IMG/VR virus record: IMGVR_UViG_3300042352_000057
Location: 1-25,085 of that record
Strand: one strand, 5' to 3'
Length of the DNA stretch: 25,085 nt
Origin: a virus
Taxonomy: Duplodnaviria; Caudoviricetes
Position numbers and translations under genes: made by a program
Notes under the pieces: generated by a model
Databases searched by the model: none
Told to the model about the DNA's origin: nothing
The model's input: only the letters and a program-made list of their open reading frames with translations
In this document: piece after piece, positions 1-9,283 of the stretch
Position numbering within the stretch: the first letter of the stretch is position 1
Layout of the letters: each line of letters starts with the position of its first letter

Positions 1-163
1 TGTTAGAGAAATTAGAAATGGATTATTATCTGAATGTGATTGGACACAATTAGCAGATATACCAAACGAAACAAAAGCAATTTGGTCTGAATACAGACAA
101 TCTTTAAGAGATATTACATCTCAAACTAATCCATTTAGTATAACTTGGCCGGTGAAACCTTAA
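1..163 (+). CDS. Phage tail-fibre assembly chaperone, 3' fragment (5' end outside window)
   Basis: Frame from base 2 reads VREIRNGLLSECDWTQLADIPNETKAIWSEYRQSLRDITSQTNPFSITWPVKP then TAA at 161-163. R-x-x-R-N-x-L-L-x-x-x-D-W-T-Q, YRQxLRDI and terminal WPxxP are typical of this chaperone family. Not in ORF track. Confidence 0.85.
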   Translation, partial: VREIRNGLLSECDWTQLADIPNETKAIWSEYRQSLRDITSQTNPFSITWPVKP

Positions 164-177
164 AAGGAAAATAGTTT

Positions 178-186
178 ATATTTATA
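178..186 (+). promoter_or_regulatory. Recurrent RTATTTATW motif, candidate phage late promoter (first of nine copies)
   Basis: TATTTATW cores at 179, 8805, 9272, 9590, 10081, 12488, 13082, 14136, 24514, each shortly upstream of a start codon. Confidence 0.6.
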
Positions 187-212
187 CCTATAACAAAAGT
201 ATATAAATATAA

Positions 213-491
213 ATGATTATACACAGTCCTATATTTTCTGGCTCAATTACTCAAGCCTCATCTGCTTACGCAAATTTAAGTGGTTCATTCACAGGCTCTT
301 TAACTGGTTCATTTAAAGGAGAAATTGATGTGCAACAAGCATCATTTGGTAATTTGAATGTAACTAATAAATTATCTGTTAGTGGTTCTATAATTATGAC
401 GGGTTCAATGAATCTGACAGCTGGTGGGTATTTGGTAGATGGTGTAAGTGTATTGGATTCGGCAATAGCTTTTGCAATAGCATTAGGATAA
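213..491 (+). CDS. Small putative virion/tail-fibre-associated protein (92 aa)
   Basis: ORF with SGS/TGS beta-strand repeats (SGSFTGSLTGSF, LSVSGSIIMTGS) like the N-terminus of the giant fibre; ends AIAFAIALG; preceded by ATATTTATA at 178-186. Confidence 0.65.
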   Translation: MIIHSPIFSGSITQASSAYANLSGSFTGSLTGSFKGEIDVQQASFGNLNVTNKLSVSGSIIMTGSMNLTAGGYLVDGVSVLDSAIAFAIALG

Positions 492-505
492 AAAAATAAA
501 AAGAA

Positions 506-838
506 ATGGCAAACGCATTTAAAAATAGTATTACGGGTTCTGTTGGAACGAATGGTGTGAAAGTATATGAAACACCTGCCGCAACATCAACAACAGTTAT
601 AGGAGTTAGTATAGCAAACTCTGTATCACAAAATATTTCAGTAAGTGTAATGATGAGAGATACATCAGCTAACAAAGCTGTTTATTTAGTTAAAGATGCA
701 TTAGTAATGCCTGGTAGCTCAAATGTATTAGTTGGTGGAGAACAAAAGTTGGTATTAGAAGCAACTGATTTTATTTCGGTGACATCATCGTTAGCAAATT
801 CGGCAGATGTAATTGTTTCGGTTTTAGAAATAACATAA
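506..838 (+). CDS. Small putative virion structural protein (110 aa, predicted beta-sandwich)
   Basis: Intact ORF rich in V/S/T beta-strands (MANAFKN...YETPAATSTTVIGVSIAN...KLVLEATD...SVLEIT); resembles small structural proteins found beside tail-fibre genes of large aquatic phages (from recall). Confidence 0.6.
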   Translation: MANAFKNSITGSVGTNGVKVYETPAATSTTVIGVSIANSVSQNISVSVMMRDTSANKAVYLVKDALVMPGSSNVLVGGEQKLVLEATDFISVTSSLANSADVIVSVLEIT

Positions 839-849
839 AGTTTTAGATA

Positions 850-3800
850 ATGGAGTATTTGGGTAACAATCCTAATGGTTTAAATCAACAAAATAAAGAT
901 ACAGTTTCTTTATTTGTAAGTGGGAGCAGAATAGCTAGTTTTTCATCACAATCAGTAGATGTTGTTGGAAATTTTAGTGCTTCCAAAATACAAACGGATG
1001 AAATAGATTCATTTGGAAGTAATCCTTTACAATTAAAGGCAGATACTCAAATATCAGGCTCACTTAATGTTTCATCATCCATAACTGCATCTTTATTTAG
1101 AGGAGACGGTAGTGGATTATTTAATATATCAGCTACATCAATTGGTGATATTGATAGAATTAAATCTGGTTCAGCAACTGCAATAATTTCACCAAATACT
1201 GGATTGGTTGTAAATGTACCAACTTCAATTAGTGGTGGTTTAGCAGTAAACGGAAATTCAAACATAACTGGTTCACTTAGAGTTAGTAATGGTTTGGCAG
1301 TAAACGGAAATTCGAATATAACTGGTTCGGTTGTAATAAGCCAAAACTTAAATGTAGGAGGCAAAATTACAACAACCGAATTACATACAACATTCATATC
1401 ATCTTCAGTAATATTCTCATCTGGTTCTAATAAATTTGGTGACAACGTTATTGATAGACAAGAAATAACTGGTTCTCTTAGTGTAAGTGGTTCAATGTTT
1501 GTAACCGGAGATACAATACCAACCGATAATACAACAAATGAAGTATTAGTTCTTAATACAACAACAGGAAGAATTAGTAGAAGATTTGCAGCAGCAACGT
1601 CTGGTACGTCTGGTACATCAGGAACTTCTGGAACATCTGGAACTTCTGGAACATCTGGCACAAGCGGCACATCAGGAACTTCTGGTACAAGCGGCACATC
1701 AGGAACTTCTGGAACAAGCGGAAGTAGTGGAACATCCGGCTCTTCTGGAACAAGTGGTACATCAGGAACTTCTGGAACAAGCGGTACATCAGGAACTTCT
1801 GGTACATCGGGAAGTTCTGGTACGCGTGGTACTTCTGGTACATCAGGAACTTCTGGTACATCAGGAACTTCTGGTTCATCAGGAACATCGGGCTCATCAG
1901 GAACTTCTGGTAGTGGTGGTACATCTGGACAAGATGGTTCATCGGGAACTTCTGGAACACGTGGTACATCAGGAACTTCTGGTACATCGGGTACATCTGG
2001 TTCATCGGGAACATCTGGAAGTGGAGGTACATCGGGAACATCTGGAAGTAGTGGAACATCTGGGCAAGATGGAACTTCAGGAACATCTGGAACTCGTGGT
2101 ACATCGGGAACAAGCGGTATAAGTGGTACGGCTGGAACGTCTGGTACATCTGGTACATCAGGAACTTCTGGTTCATCTGGTACAAGTGGTATAACAGGAG
2201 CTGGAGGACAAGGTGGTACGAATGGTACGGGAGGTACATCGGGAAGTAGTGGTACAAGCGGCACTAGTGGTACATCTGGAACAAGTGGAGTTAGTGGTAG
2301 TGGTGGAACTGCTGGTACAAGTGGTACATCAGGAACTTCTGGCACAAGCGGTACAAGTGGTACATCGGGAACTTCTGGAAGTCGTGGTACATCAGGAACT
2401 TCTGGAGCTAGTGGTACTGGAGGTTCTTCTGGTACAAGTGGCACATCAGGAACTTCTGGAACAAGCGGCACCTCAGGAACTTCTGGTACATCAGGTACAT
2501 CAGGAACTTCTGGACAAGGTGGTGGAACAAAATATAATTTCTCAACAACAATAACTGATTCTGATCCTGGTAATGGAGTAGTACAATATAACAATGCTAC
2601 AATAGGTTCAGTAACTTTTTTATACATTGATAACTTAGACCAAAGTGGTAATACACAAACTGGTTGGTATGATACTTGGGATGATAGTACAACAACATCG
2701 GCTAGAGGTACATTAACATTAACATCTAGAGATAATGGTACTGTAAATAATACATTTAGAATTACAGGAGCTATAACAGTAGCTGCTGGTTATTATAAAA
2801 TACCTGTTGCTTATGTAGCAGGAACGTTACCACCAAACTTATCTCAATTAACAATAAGTTTTTCTAGAACAGGTGATACTGGTACATCGGGAAGTGCAGG
2901 TACATCAGGAACTTCTGGTACAAGCGGAACTTCGGGAACGTCTGGTACATCAGGTACTTCTGGAGCTAGTGGTTCGAATGGAACTTCGGGAACTTCTGGT
3001 ACGAGTGGTACTTCTGGCACGAGAGGTACATCAGGTACTTCTGGAATTAGTGGGTCATCTGGCACAAGCGGTACATCAGGAACTTCTGGGACAAGTGGAG
3101 TTAGTGGAAGTAGTGGTACAAGTGGAACATCAGGAACTTCTGGGACAAGTGGAGTTAGTGGAAGTAGTGGAACTTCTGGAACATCAGGAACTTCTGGAAC
3201 ATCAGGAACTTCTGGAGTAAGTGGTAGTAGTGGTACAAGCGGCACAAGCGGAACTTCGGGAACAAGTGGTTCATCAGGAAGTTCTGGAACTCGTGGTACA
3301 TCGGGAACTTCTGGTACAAGCGGAACTTCGGGAACTTCTGGAACAAGTGGTTCATCAGGAAGTTCTGGCACAAGTGGTTCATCAGGAAGTTCTGGAACTC
3401 GTGGCACATCAGGAACTTCTGGTACGAGTGGTACATCAGGAACTTCTGGTACGTCTGGTACGTCTGGTTCTTCTGGATTACTTTCATTAACTGGTACAAC
3501 TGATAATGGTGTAATCACATTAAATGGAACTGCACCAAACGCAACCGTTGAAGCAAATTTAAGATTCGATGGTAGTACATTGACAGTAACTGGAGATGCT
3601 ACAATTAGTGGTAACCTTACTGTAAGTGGTACAACGACATATATTAATACAACAACCCTTAACGTAGGTGATAATATTATTACACTTAACGCAGATATTG
3701 GAGCATCAACTGCCCCAACTGAAAACTCTGGTATAGAAGTTAAGAGAGGCAATGCAGCAACAAAACAATTTTATTGGGATGAAGGTAGTGATAGATGGTA

Positions 3801-6800
3801 TCACGACGATAACACATACATAGCTGGTAATTTAGTTCTTAGTGGAACTGTTGATAGTGGACAAGGAGCAACTGAAGTTCATTTAATGAACCAAAATGTT
3901 CGTACAACTGATAGTGTAACTTTTGCAGGTATAACTGGACCTTTAACTGGTACAGCAACTGCTGCAACTAGATTGGTTGATGGTGGTGATTTACTTTCGC
4001 AAGTTGGTGATGGTACTCTTATATATACCGCTCAGATTAGTAATGGTGTTTCGGGATTATTTCCGGCTACTGATAATTCAAATACCGTTATAACAATTAA
4101 TAGACATCCTGGTAACTACTATAGTCAATTAGGATTTAGTTCTAACGCTTCTATGTATTATAGAAGTTTTAGCGCAACTGCAATTAACACATCGCAAGCT
4201 TGGAGGAGAGTATGGGATGATGGAAATGACGGGGCTGGTAGTGGACTTGATGCGGACTTATGGGATAGTTATCAATTCGCAGATTATTTAAATCAAGCAG
4301 TTCGTACAAGTGATACTGTAAGATTTAATCAATCTAGATTTTCAAATAGAATTAGTATTGGAGACGGAAACGGAACTCCATATTTAAATACTGGTTCTCC
4401 TGGTGTATGGTTATCATATAATGGAGGTTCTGATATCTTTATGGGAGCACAAACTTCAACTTTGTGGGGAGTTTATCTTGGTGATTGGAGATTTACAGTA
4501 AATAATAGTGGTACTGCAGCAGCAACTGGTGATTTTAGAGCACCAATATTCTACGATTCGGTAAGTACCGGATATTATTTAGACCCTAATTCATACTCAA
4601 GATTCAGTAGTTTAGCATTAGACCAATCTAGAGTTGATAGTAGTAGATATCCTATTGGACATTATACAACTGGTGAAACTGTATTTGAGTTTGACCCAAT
4701 TTGGAATAATACTCAATTACAGGCATATTTTAATAGTGGTAACGTAACTTGGGTAAACGATTCAACTGCACCTGGTGGTTATGCTATATCAATAGTAGGT
4801 GGTGTAAACGTAGGTGGGGCTTATAGTAGTGGATTCCCTTATATTCCAGTAGATACAAACGATGTTTACTATATGGAGTGTTGGATACGAAGTGTATCTG
4901 GAACAAACACTCACTATATGGGTTCTATTGATTACAATGAATCATTTACTTCATTGGGTGGTAATCCCGGTTCATTTGGATATTGGGTAATGTCAAATAC
5001 TAACCCTGGTAGTTCTTGGACTAAAGTAAGTGGGTATATTACAGGATTTGGTACATCTACTGGACAATTTAGAAGTGGAACAAAATATTGGACACCTCAA
5101 GCATTATTTAACTACACTGGTGGTGGAACTACATACATTAGTGGTTGGAAAGTAATAAAAGTAAGTGTGCCTGGTAATAGAACATTTCAAGGTAATGTGA
5201 ATGTTAATGGTACATCTACCCTTAGAAGAACTGATATTATTGCAGCTGGTTCTGGATGGAATGACCATTTAAATCTATATTCATCTGACCAAAGTAATAG
5301 ATTCAATGTATTGGTAGATAGTGGGGCATCTAATTACTTAAGAATTGCATATAATAATTCGGAAAGATTTAGAATACAACCAAATGGTGACACTTATAAT
5401 TTTGGAGCATTTTATACGGATATTGTATATGATAGAACTAGTACCGGGTATTATTTAGACCCTGCATCTGATTCGCAATTAAATACTGGAACTTTTAATG
5501 GTAGAATGAAATATTCAAATTACCTTGTTAGTAATAATAATGGTGGTTTGATGGGGGATTATAACATCAATAGTACTGCTTCAAAAGTAATTTGGACTAT
5601 TGGTGAAAGCTGGCCAATCGGTAATATGTACGGATTGGGTTATGAGTATGGAAGTGGATATGACCATCACTTAGCAATGAGAAATAATGGTACAACTTAT
5701 TCTCGTATAGGTTTTGCTGGTGGTATGGTAATAACTGGTACTGGAACAGCAACATCCGATTGGAGAGCACCATACTTTTATGATAGTGATAATACAGCTT
5801 ATTATGCAAACTTTGCAGATACTGGTGTATCAATACTCGTAGCTGGTTCAGTAAATCATGCAACGTATAACAAACCAGCAACTTTAGTAAACGCAAGTGG
5901 TACTTCATCTTCTGGGGCAGCAATAGCAATTCAGCAAGTAACTCCGGAAGGATGGACAGCAATATTCGCAGATTATGAACCATATACTGGGTGGGGATTG
6001 TATCATGATAATCCATCAAACACATTTGGAATTACTGCAGAAGATTCTACAAACCAATTAAGAAGTTACACAGTACCTTCAAGAGTTAGTGGTAATAGAA
6101 CTGCATATGAAAAAATAAGATTTGAGCAAGGGCCTGGACACGTTTATATTGGTGGAAACGCATACGCATCAGCATTCTATGATAGGGTTGATACTGGATA
6201 TTATTTAGACCCTAATGGTACATCTAATTTAGGAGGTTTAACTTTAGCAAGTAATGTTTCAACTGGTAGAAGTAGTTATGGTTCTGGAACAGCAAACCTT
6301 GTGTTATTAGCAAGTAGTACATATGGTAGAGCTACTATTGATTTTAGAAGTGGTGTAAACTATCCATCGGATGGTGCACAAATTTATTATGAAACTGCAA
6401 CAAATGGTGTAAGTGGTGAAACTTCTAGATTAGTTATTAGAACTGAAAACGATGCGGATGATTCTATCCTTATTAGAGGTGGTTTTATAATAGCAAACTC
6501 AACTACGGTTGATGGTGGTAGTTCTAATCCTGGTTTCCAAACTCAATATAATGGTAATGCTAGATTGTACACATATAGTGACCACACATCTGAAGCAAGT
6601 TCATTTAGAGCACCAATATTTTATGATTCTGAAAATACTGCATTCTTTGCAAATCCTAATGGACGTTCTCGTTTATCATCAATGGATTATGGTGATGGTG
6701 GTTATTATTTCGCAGGTGGTGATTGGGGTTATAGACATAATACTCCATCTGGTTGGATTCAATTTGGACCTGCAAACACTGGACATGCTCACATTTATAC

Positions 6801-8796
6801 TAATCTTTCTAACTTCTATTTCAACGTAGATGATTCTTACTTAAATGGTAGAAGAATCATTATGGAAAATAGATGGTTAAGTAACACATATTACGGAACT
6901 GGTGGTGATATGTATGCAACTATTTGGTATGATACAAATGATACCGGATACAGATCAGACCCTACTGGTACATCAAGATTGAACTTTGTAAACTCAAACA
7001 ATCACTATATCCAACCTGGTTATATGTTGTATAGTGATATGGGTGGATGGCAAGGTGAATATAATAAGATTCAATGGCATAGTACGCATATGTACTTCCA
7101 ACACCAATCATCTGGATACTTTATATTCAGAACTGATAGTGGTGCGGAAAGAGCATATATCAATAGAAGTGGTGACCTTTGGTTAGGATATTTAGGTTGG
7201 ATGAGTAGTCATCTTAATCAATCGGTAAGAACTGATGGTTCACCTACATTTACAAACGTATATATAAACGATTGGTTTAGACAGAATACATCACAGGGTA
7301 TGTATTGGCAACCATATGGTAGAGGATTTGTTTCTCCTGAAAATCAGGGAAATCCATATGGAACTGTAACTACAATGGGTAGTGGTCGTAATGGCTGGAA
7401 CGGATGGGGTATTGGTTCTCAGATTACATTAATGCATGATTATAATAATGGTGGTAATACTACTGGTTTGCATGATAACTCATATAGTTGGGTGTGGAGA
7501 TGGATTAGAAATTCTTACTTTAGTATTGATCGTGGATATACTGAAATGGCTGGTAGTTCAAGAGCACCTATATTCTACGATTCAAACGATACATCATTCT
7601 ACTTTGATGGAAACGGAACTACTAGATGGCAGGGAACTGATGATTACTCTAAAATGAGAATCGGTTTGACAGGTAAAGGTAACTTCCGTAGAAATAACTA
7701 CACTGGAGATAGTAACTATTGGATTGGTTCAATGGGATGGGGTACTGAAGATTTAAACAACGTTTGGAACTGGGGTAGTGGATTCTTTGATACTTGGTCT
7801 AATCCGGGCAACCAACCTCCGGGAACTTCACACTGGGTAGGGGTTCAAGCAGCTCACTATACTTGTGGATATGGTTGTGGATATGGATGGCAGTTAGCAA
7901 GTGGACCTGTATCAACAATGTACTTTAGAAATACTTGGTCTTCATTCACTGGATGGAGAGGTATGTTGGATAGTGGTAACTACTCTAACTGGGCAATTGC
8001 TAGAGGTGGTGATACTGTTGATGGTAGAATTTATTTCTTATACAATAGAGCATATTACGGAACTTCAACGGATTCATCAACATTACAGGCTTACACTACT
8101 GGTAACAATGGTGCATTCATGTCTTACCATAAAGGTGGATACTACGCTATTAACTTAGGATTGGATGGTGATAACGTATTCCGTTTAGGTGGTTGGTCTT
8201 CTAGATGGCCAAGATGGTACGCGGATGCAGATGGAGCTACAACATTTGGTGTACCTTATGTACTTCGTTCAAACTTTGATAACTATGGTGGTGGTGGTGT
8301 TTGGGTATCGGATGATGGTGACCTGTGTGACTTGAATGATGGTTACTTAGCATTAAGAGCTTCTTATGGTTTAAGAATTCATAGTGGTAATAGAGGTGGT
8401 GGTGCAAATATCAACTTAAGATATGATGGTGTGATTATTGCATCAAACAACATTATTGCATATGGTTCTCCATCGGATATCAGATTAAAAGAAAATATTA
8501 AACCTTTAGAAAACTCATTAGAAAAAGTAATGAGAATGAGAGGAGTTGAATATGATTGGAAAGAAGGAACTGACGAATATGAAACAACTAAGTTAAGACA
8601 TGATATTGGATTCATAGCTCAGGAAATAGAAGATGTTGTTCCTGATTTAGTAAGAGCAGGTGAAGATGGTTATTTGGCAGTTAGAGATAGAGGTATTCCA
8701 GCATTATTGTTAGAAGCTATCAAAGAATTAAAAGCTGAATTGGATGAAACTAAAAAAGAATTAAAAGAATTAAAAGAAAAAATGAGTTTTGAATAA
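850..8796 (+). CDS. Giant tail fibre / receptor-binding protein (2648 aa) with Gly-X-Y (GTS) repeats and C-terminal peptidase S74 intramolecular chaperone
   Basis: C-terminal SDIRLKENIKPL...GVEYDWK...IGFIAQE...LLLEAIKEL plus coiled coil (from 8473) is the S74 signature; GAGSGLDAD fibre motif; two long Gly-X-Y blocks; repeated YD..T.YY.DP linkers; located in the tail module. Confidence 0.9.
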   Translation: MEYLGNNPNGLNQQNKDTVSLFVSGSRIASFSSQSVDVVGNFSASKIQTDEIDSFGSNPLQLKADTQISGSLNVSSSITASLFRGDGSGLFNISATSIGDIDRIKSGSATAIISPNTGLVVNVPTSISGGLAVNGNSNITGSLRVSNGLAVNGNSNITGSVVISQNLNVGGKITTTELHTTFISSSVIFSSGSNKFGDNVIDRQEITGSLSVSGSMFVTGDTIPTDNTTNEVLVLNTTTGRISRRFAAATSGTSGTSGTSGTSGTSGTSGTSGTSGTSGTSGTSGTSGTSGSSGTSGSSGTSGTSGTSGTSGTSGTSGTSGSSGTRGTSGTSGTSGTSGTSGSSGTSGSSGTSGSGGTSGQDGSSGTSGTRGTSGTSGTSGTSGSSGTSGSGGTSGTSGSSGTSGQDGTSGTSGTRGTSGTSGISGTAGTSGTSGTSGTSGSSGTSGITGAGGQGGTNGTGGTSGSSGTSGTSGTSGTSGVSGSGGTAGTSGTSGTSGTSGTSGTSGTSGSRGTSGTSGASGTGGSSGTSGTSGTSGTSGTSGTSGTSGTSGTSGQGGGTKYNFSTTITDSDPGNGVVQYNNATIGSVTFLYIDNLDQSGNTQTGWYDTWDDSTTTSARGTLTLTSRDNGTVNNTFRITGAITVAAGYYKIPVAYVAGTLPPNLSQLTISFSRTGDTGTSGSAGTSGTSGTSGTSGTSGTSGTSGASGSNGTSGTSGTSGTSGTRGTSGTSGISGSSGTSGTSGTSGTSGVSGSSGTSGTSGTSGTSGVSGSSGTSGTSGTSGTSGTSGVSGSSGTSGTSGTSGTSGSSGSSGTRGTSGTSGTSGTSGTSGTSGSSGSSGTSGSSGSSGTRGTSGTSGTSGTSGTSGTSGTSGSSGLLSLTGTTDNGVITLNGTAPNATVEANLRFDGSTLTVTGDATISGNLTVSGTTTYINTTTLNVGDNIITLNADIGASTAPTENSGIEVKRGNAATKQFYWDEGSDRWYHDDNTYIAGNLVLSGTVDSGQGATEVHLMNQNVRTTDSVTFAGITGPLTGTATAATRLVDGGDLLSQVGDGTLIYTAQISNGVSGLFPATDNSNTVITINRHPGNYYSQLGFSSNASMYYRSFSATAINTSQAWRRVWDDGNDGAGSGLDADLWDSYQFADYLNQAVRTSDTVRFNQSRFSNRISIGDGNGTPYLNTGSPGVWLSYNGGSDIFMGAQTSTLWGVYLGDWRFTVNNSGTAAATGDFRAPIFYDSVSTGYYLDPNSYSRFSSLALDQSRVDSSRYPIGHYTTGETVFEFDPIWNNTQLQAYFNSGNVTWVNDSTAPGGYAISIVGGVNVGGAYSSGFPYIPVDTNDVYYMECWIRSVSGTNTHYMGSIDYNESFTSLGGNPGSFGYWVMSNTNPGSSWTKVSGYITGFGTSTGQFRSGTKYWTPQALFNYTGGGTTYISGWKVIKVSVPGNRTFQGNVNVNGTSTLRRTDIIAAGSGWNDHLNLYSSDQSNRFNVLVDSGASNYLRIAYNNSERFRIQPNGDTYNFGAFYTDIVYDRTSTGYYLDPASDSQLNTGTFNGRMKYSNYLVSNNNGGLMGDYNINSTASKVIWTIGESWPIGNMYGLGYEYGSGYDHHLAMRNNGTTYSRIGFAGGMVITGTGTATSDWRAPYFYDSDNTAYYANFADTGVSILVAGSVNHATYNKPATLVNASGTSSSGAAIAIQQVTPEGWTAIFADYEPYTGWGLYHDNPSNTFGITAEDSTNQLRSYTVPSRVSGNRTAYEKIRFEQGPGHVYIGGNAYASAFYDRVDTGYYLDPNGTSNLGGLTLASNVSTGRSSYGSGTANLVLLASSTYGRATIDFRSGVNYPSDGAQIYYETATNGVSGETSRLVIRTENDADDSILIRGGFIIANSTTVDGGSSNPGFQTQYNGNARLYTYSDHTSEASSFRAPIFYDSENTAFFANPNGRSRLSSMDYGDGGYYFAGGDWGYRHNTPSGWIQFGPANTGHAHIYTNLSNFYFNVDDSYLNGRRIIMENRWLSNTYYGTGGDMYATIWYDTNDTGYRSDPTGTSRLNFVNSNNHYIQPGYMLYSDMGGWQGEYNKIQWHSTHMYFQHQSSGYFIFRTDSGAERAYINRSGDLWLGYLGWMSSHLNQSVRTDGSPTFTNVYINDWFRQNTSQGMYWQPYGRGFVSPENQGNPYGTVTTMGSGRNGWNGWGIGSQITLMHDYNNGGNTTGLHDNSYSWVWRWIRNSYFSIDRGYTEMAGSSRAPIFYDSNDTSFYFDGNGTTRWQGTDDYSKMRIGLTGKGNFRRNNYTGDSNYWIGSMGWGTEDLNNVWNWGSGFFDTWSNPGNQPPGTSHWVGVQAAHYTCGYGCGYGWQLASGPVSTMYFRNTWSSFTGWRGMLDSGNYSNWAIARGGDTVDGRIYFLYNRAYYGTSTDSSTLQAYTTGNNGAFMSYHKGGYYAINLGLDGDNVFRLGGWSSRWPRWYADADGATTFGVPYVLRSNFDNYGGGGVWVSDDGDLCDLNDGYLALRASYGLRIHSGNRGGGANINLRYDGVIIASNNIIAYGSPSDIRLKENIKPLENSLEKVMRMRGVEYDWKEGTDEYETTKLRHDIGFIAQEIEDVVPDLVRAGEDGYLAVRDRGIPALLLEAIKELKAELDETKKELKELKEKMSFE
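1237..1329 (+). repeat. Tandem duplication (54-nt period) encoding GLAVNGNSNITGS twice
   Basis: ggtttagcagtaaacggaaattcaaacataactggttca at 1237 vs ggtttggcagtaaacggaaattcgaatataactggttcg at 1291; differences are synonymous. Confidence 0.85.
1603..2520 (+). repeat. 9-bp-period coding repeat block 1: about 102 in-register Gly-X-Y triplets, mostly GTS/GSS
   Basis: Units ggaacttct/ggtacatca/ggtacaagc; Gly codons at 1603 and 2512 are 909 nt (101 triplets) apart; variants GTR, GQD, GIT, GAG keep the register. Confidence 0.95.
2872..3477 (+). repeat. 9-bp-period coding repeat block 2: about 67 in-register Gly-X-Y triplets
   Basis: Gly codons at 2872 and 3475 are 603 nt (67 triplets) apart; higher-order units ending GVS-GSS recur three times around 3070-3230. 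Confidence 0.95.
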
Positions 8797-8831
8797 AAAC
8801 CATATATTTATATATATAAAATAGAATAACT

Positions 8832-9257
8832 ATGGCAATTAAAATTAATACAACGATAGGAACATCTCAAGGTGTTACAGACGAAGCTTATGTAAGAATT
8901 TATCGTTATGTTGTAGATAGAAACAAAGGAGCTCTTGAATTATACGTTAATGTATTTAAGAGTGAAGAAGAAGCTAATTTAATAGAAACATCGATAGCTT
9001 CTAGAGTTGGTTCTCCTATTCATGAAAGATTTCTTGCAAAAGTAGATGCAATACCACATTGGCATTCTATTCCAATGACAGCATCTATAACAGAAGTAAT
9101 TGATGGCAGGTCTTATCAAAAAACAGTAGCTGATTTTTCATCTCTACAAGGTGCAGATATATTTGCACAAGCATATCCACTTTTGAAAGCAAAATTAGTA
9201 GAAGATTTAAAAGATAGAAATGTTATATCATCAGCATCTGAATTAGAAGATTGTTAA
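8832..9257 (+). CDS. Hypothetical protein (141 aa), probably tail-fibre associated
   Basis: Intact ORF immediately after the fibre gene, preceded by ATATTTATA at 8804-8812. Confidence 0.7.
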   Translation: MAIKINTTIGTSQGVTDEAYVRIYRYVVDRNKGALELYVNVFKSEEEANLIETSIASRVGSPIHERFLAKVDAIPHWHSIPMTASITEVIDGRSYQKTVADFSSLQGADIFAQAYPLLKAKLVEDLKDRNVISSASELEDC

Positions 9258-9283
9258 TCTTTATAATTAAATATTTATACACA

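Noticed and set aside
202-209. Exact T4 late promoter TATAAATA
   Set aside because: Single upstream copy noticed, only 3 nt from the ATG in very AT-rich DNA; the recurrent motif is TATTTATW.
1603-3477. Possible CRISPR array or non-coding satellite
   Set aside because: No unique spacers; the repeat is in frame, varies mainly at synonymous positions and encodes Gly-X-Y.
1047-3752. Long minus-strand ORFs with PDV/PEV/PLV repeats (1047-2627, 2844-3752) and other-frame ORFs over the GTS blocks
   Set aside because: Shadow frames of the 9-bp repeat, which lacks stops in those frames; no independent signals.
4531-7623. DGR template/variable repeats or shufflon inversion sites
   Set aside because: Repeats are short, direct and in frame, without adenine-specific differences; no reverse transcriptase or invertase in the window.
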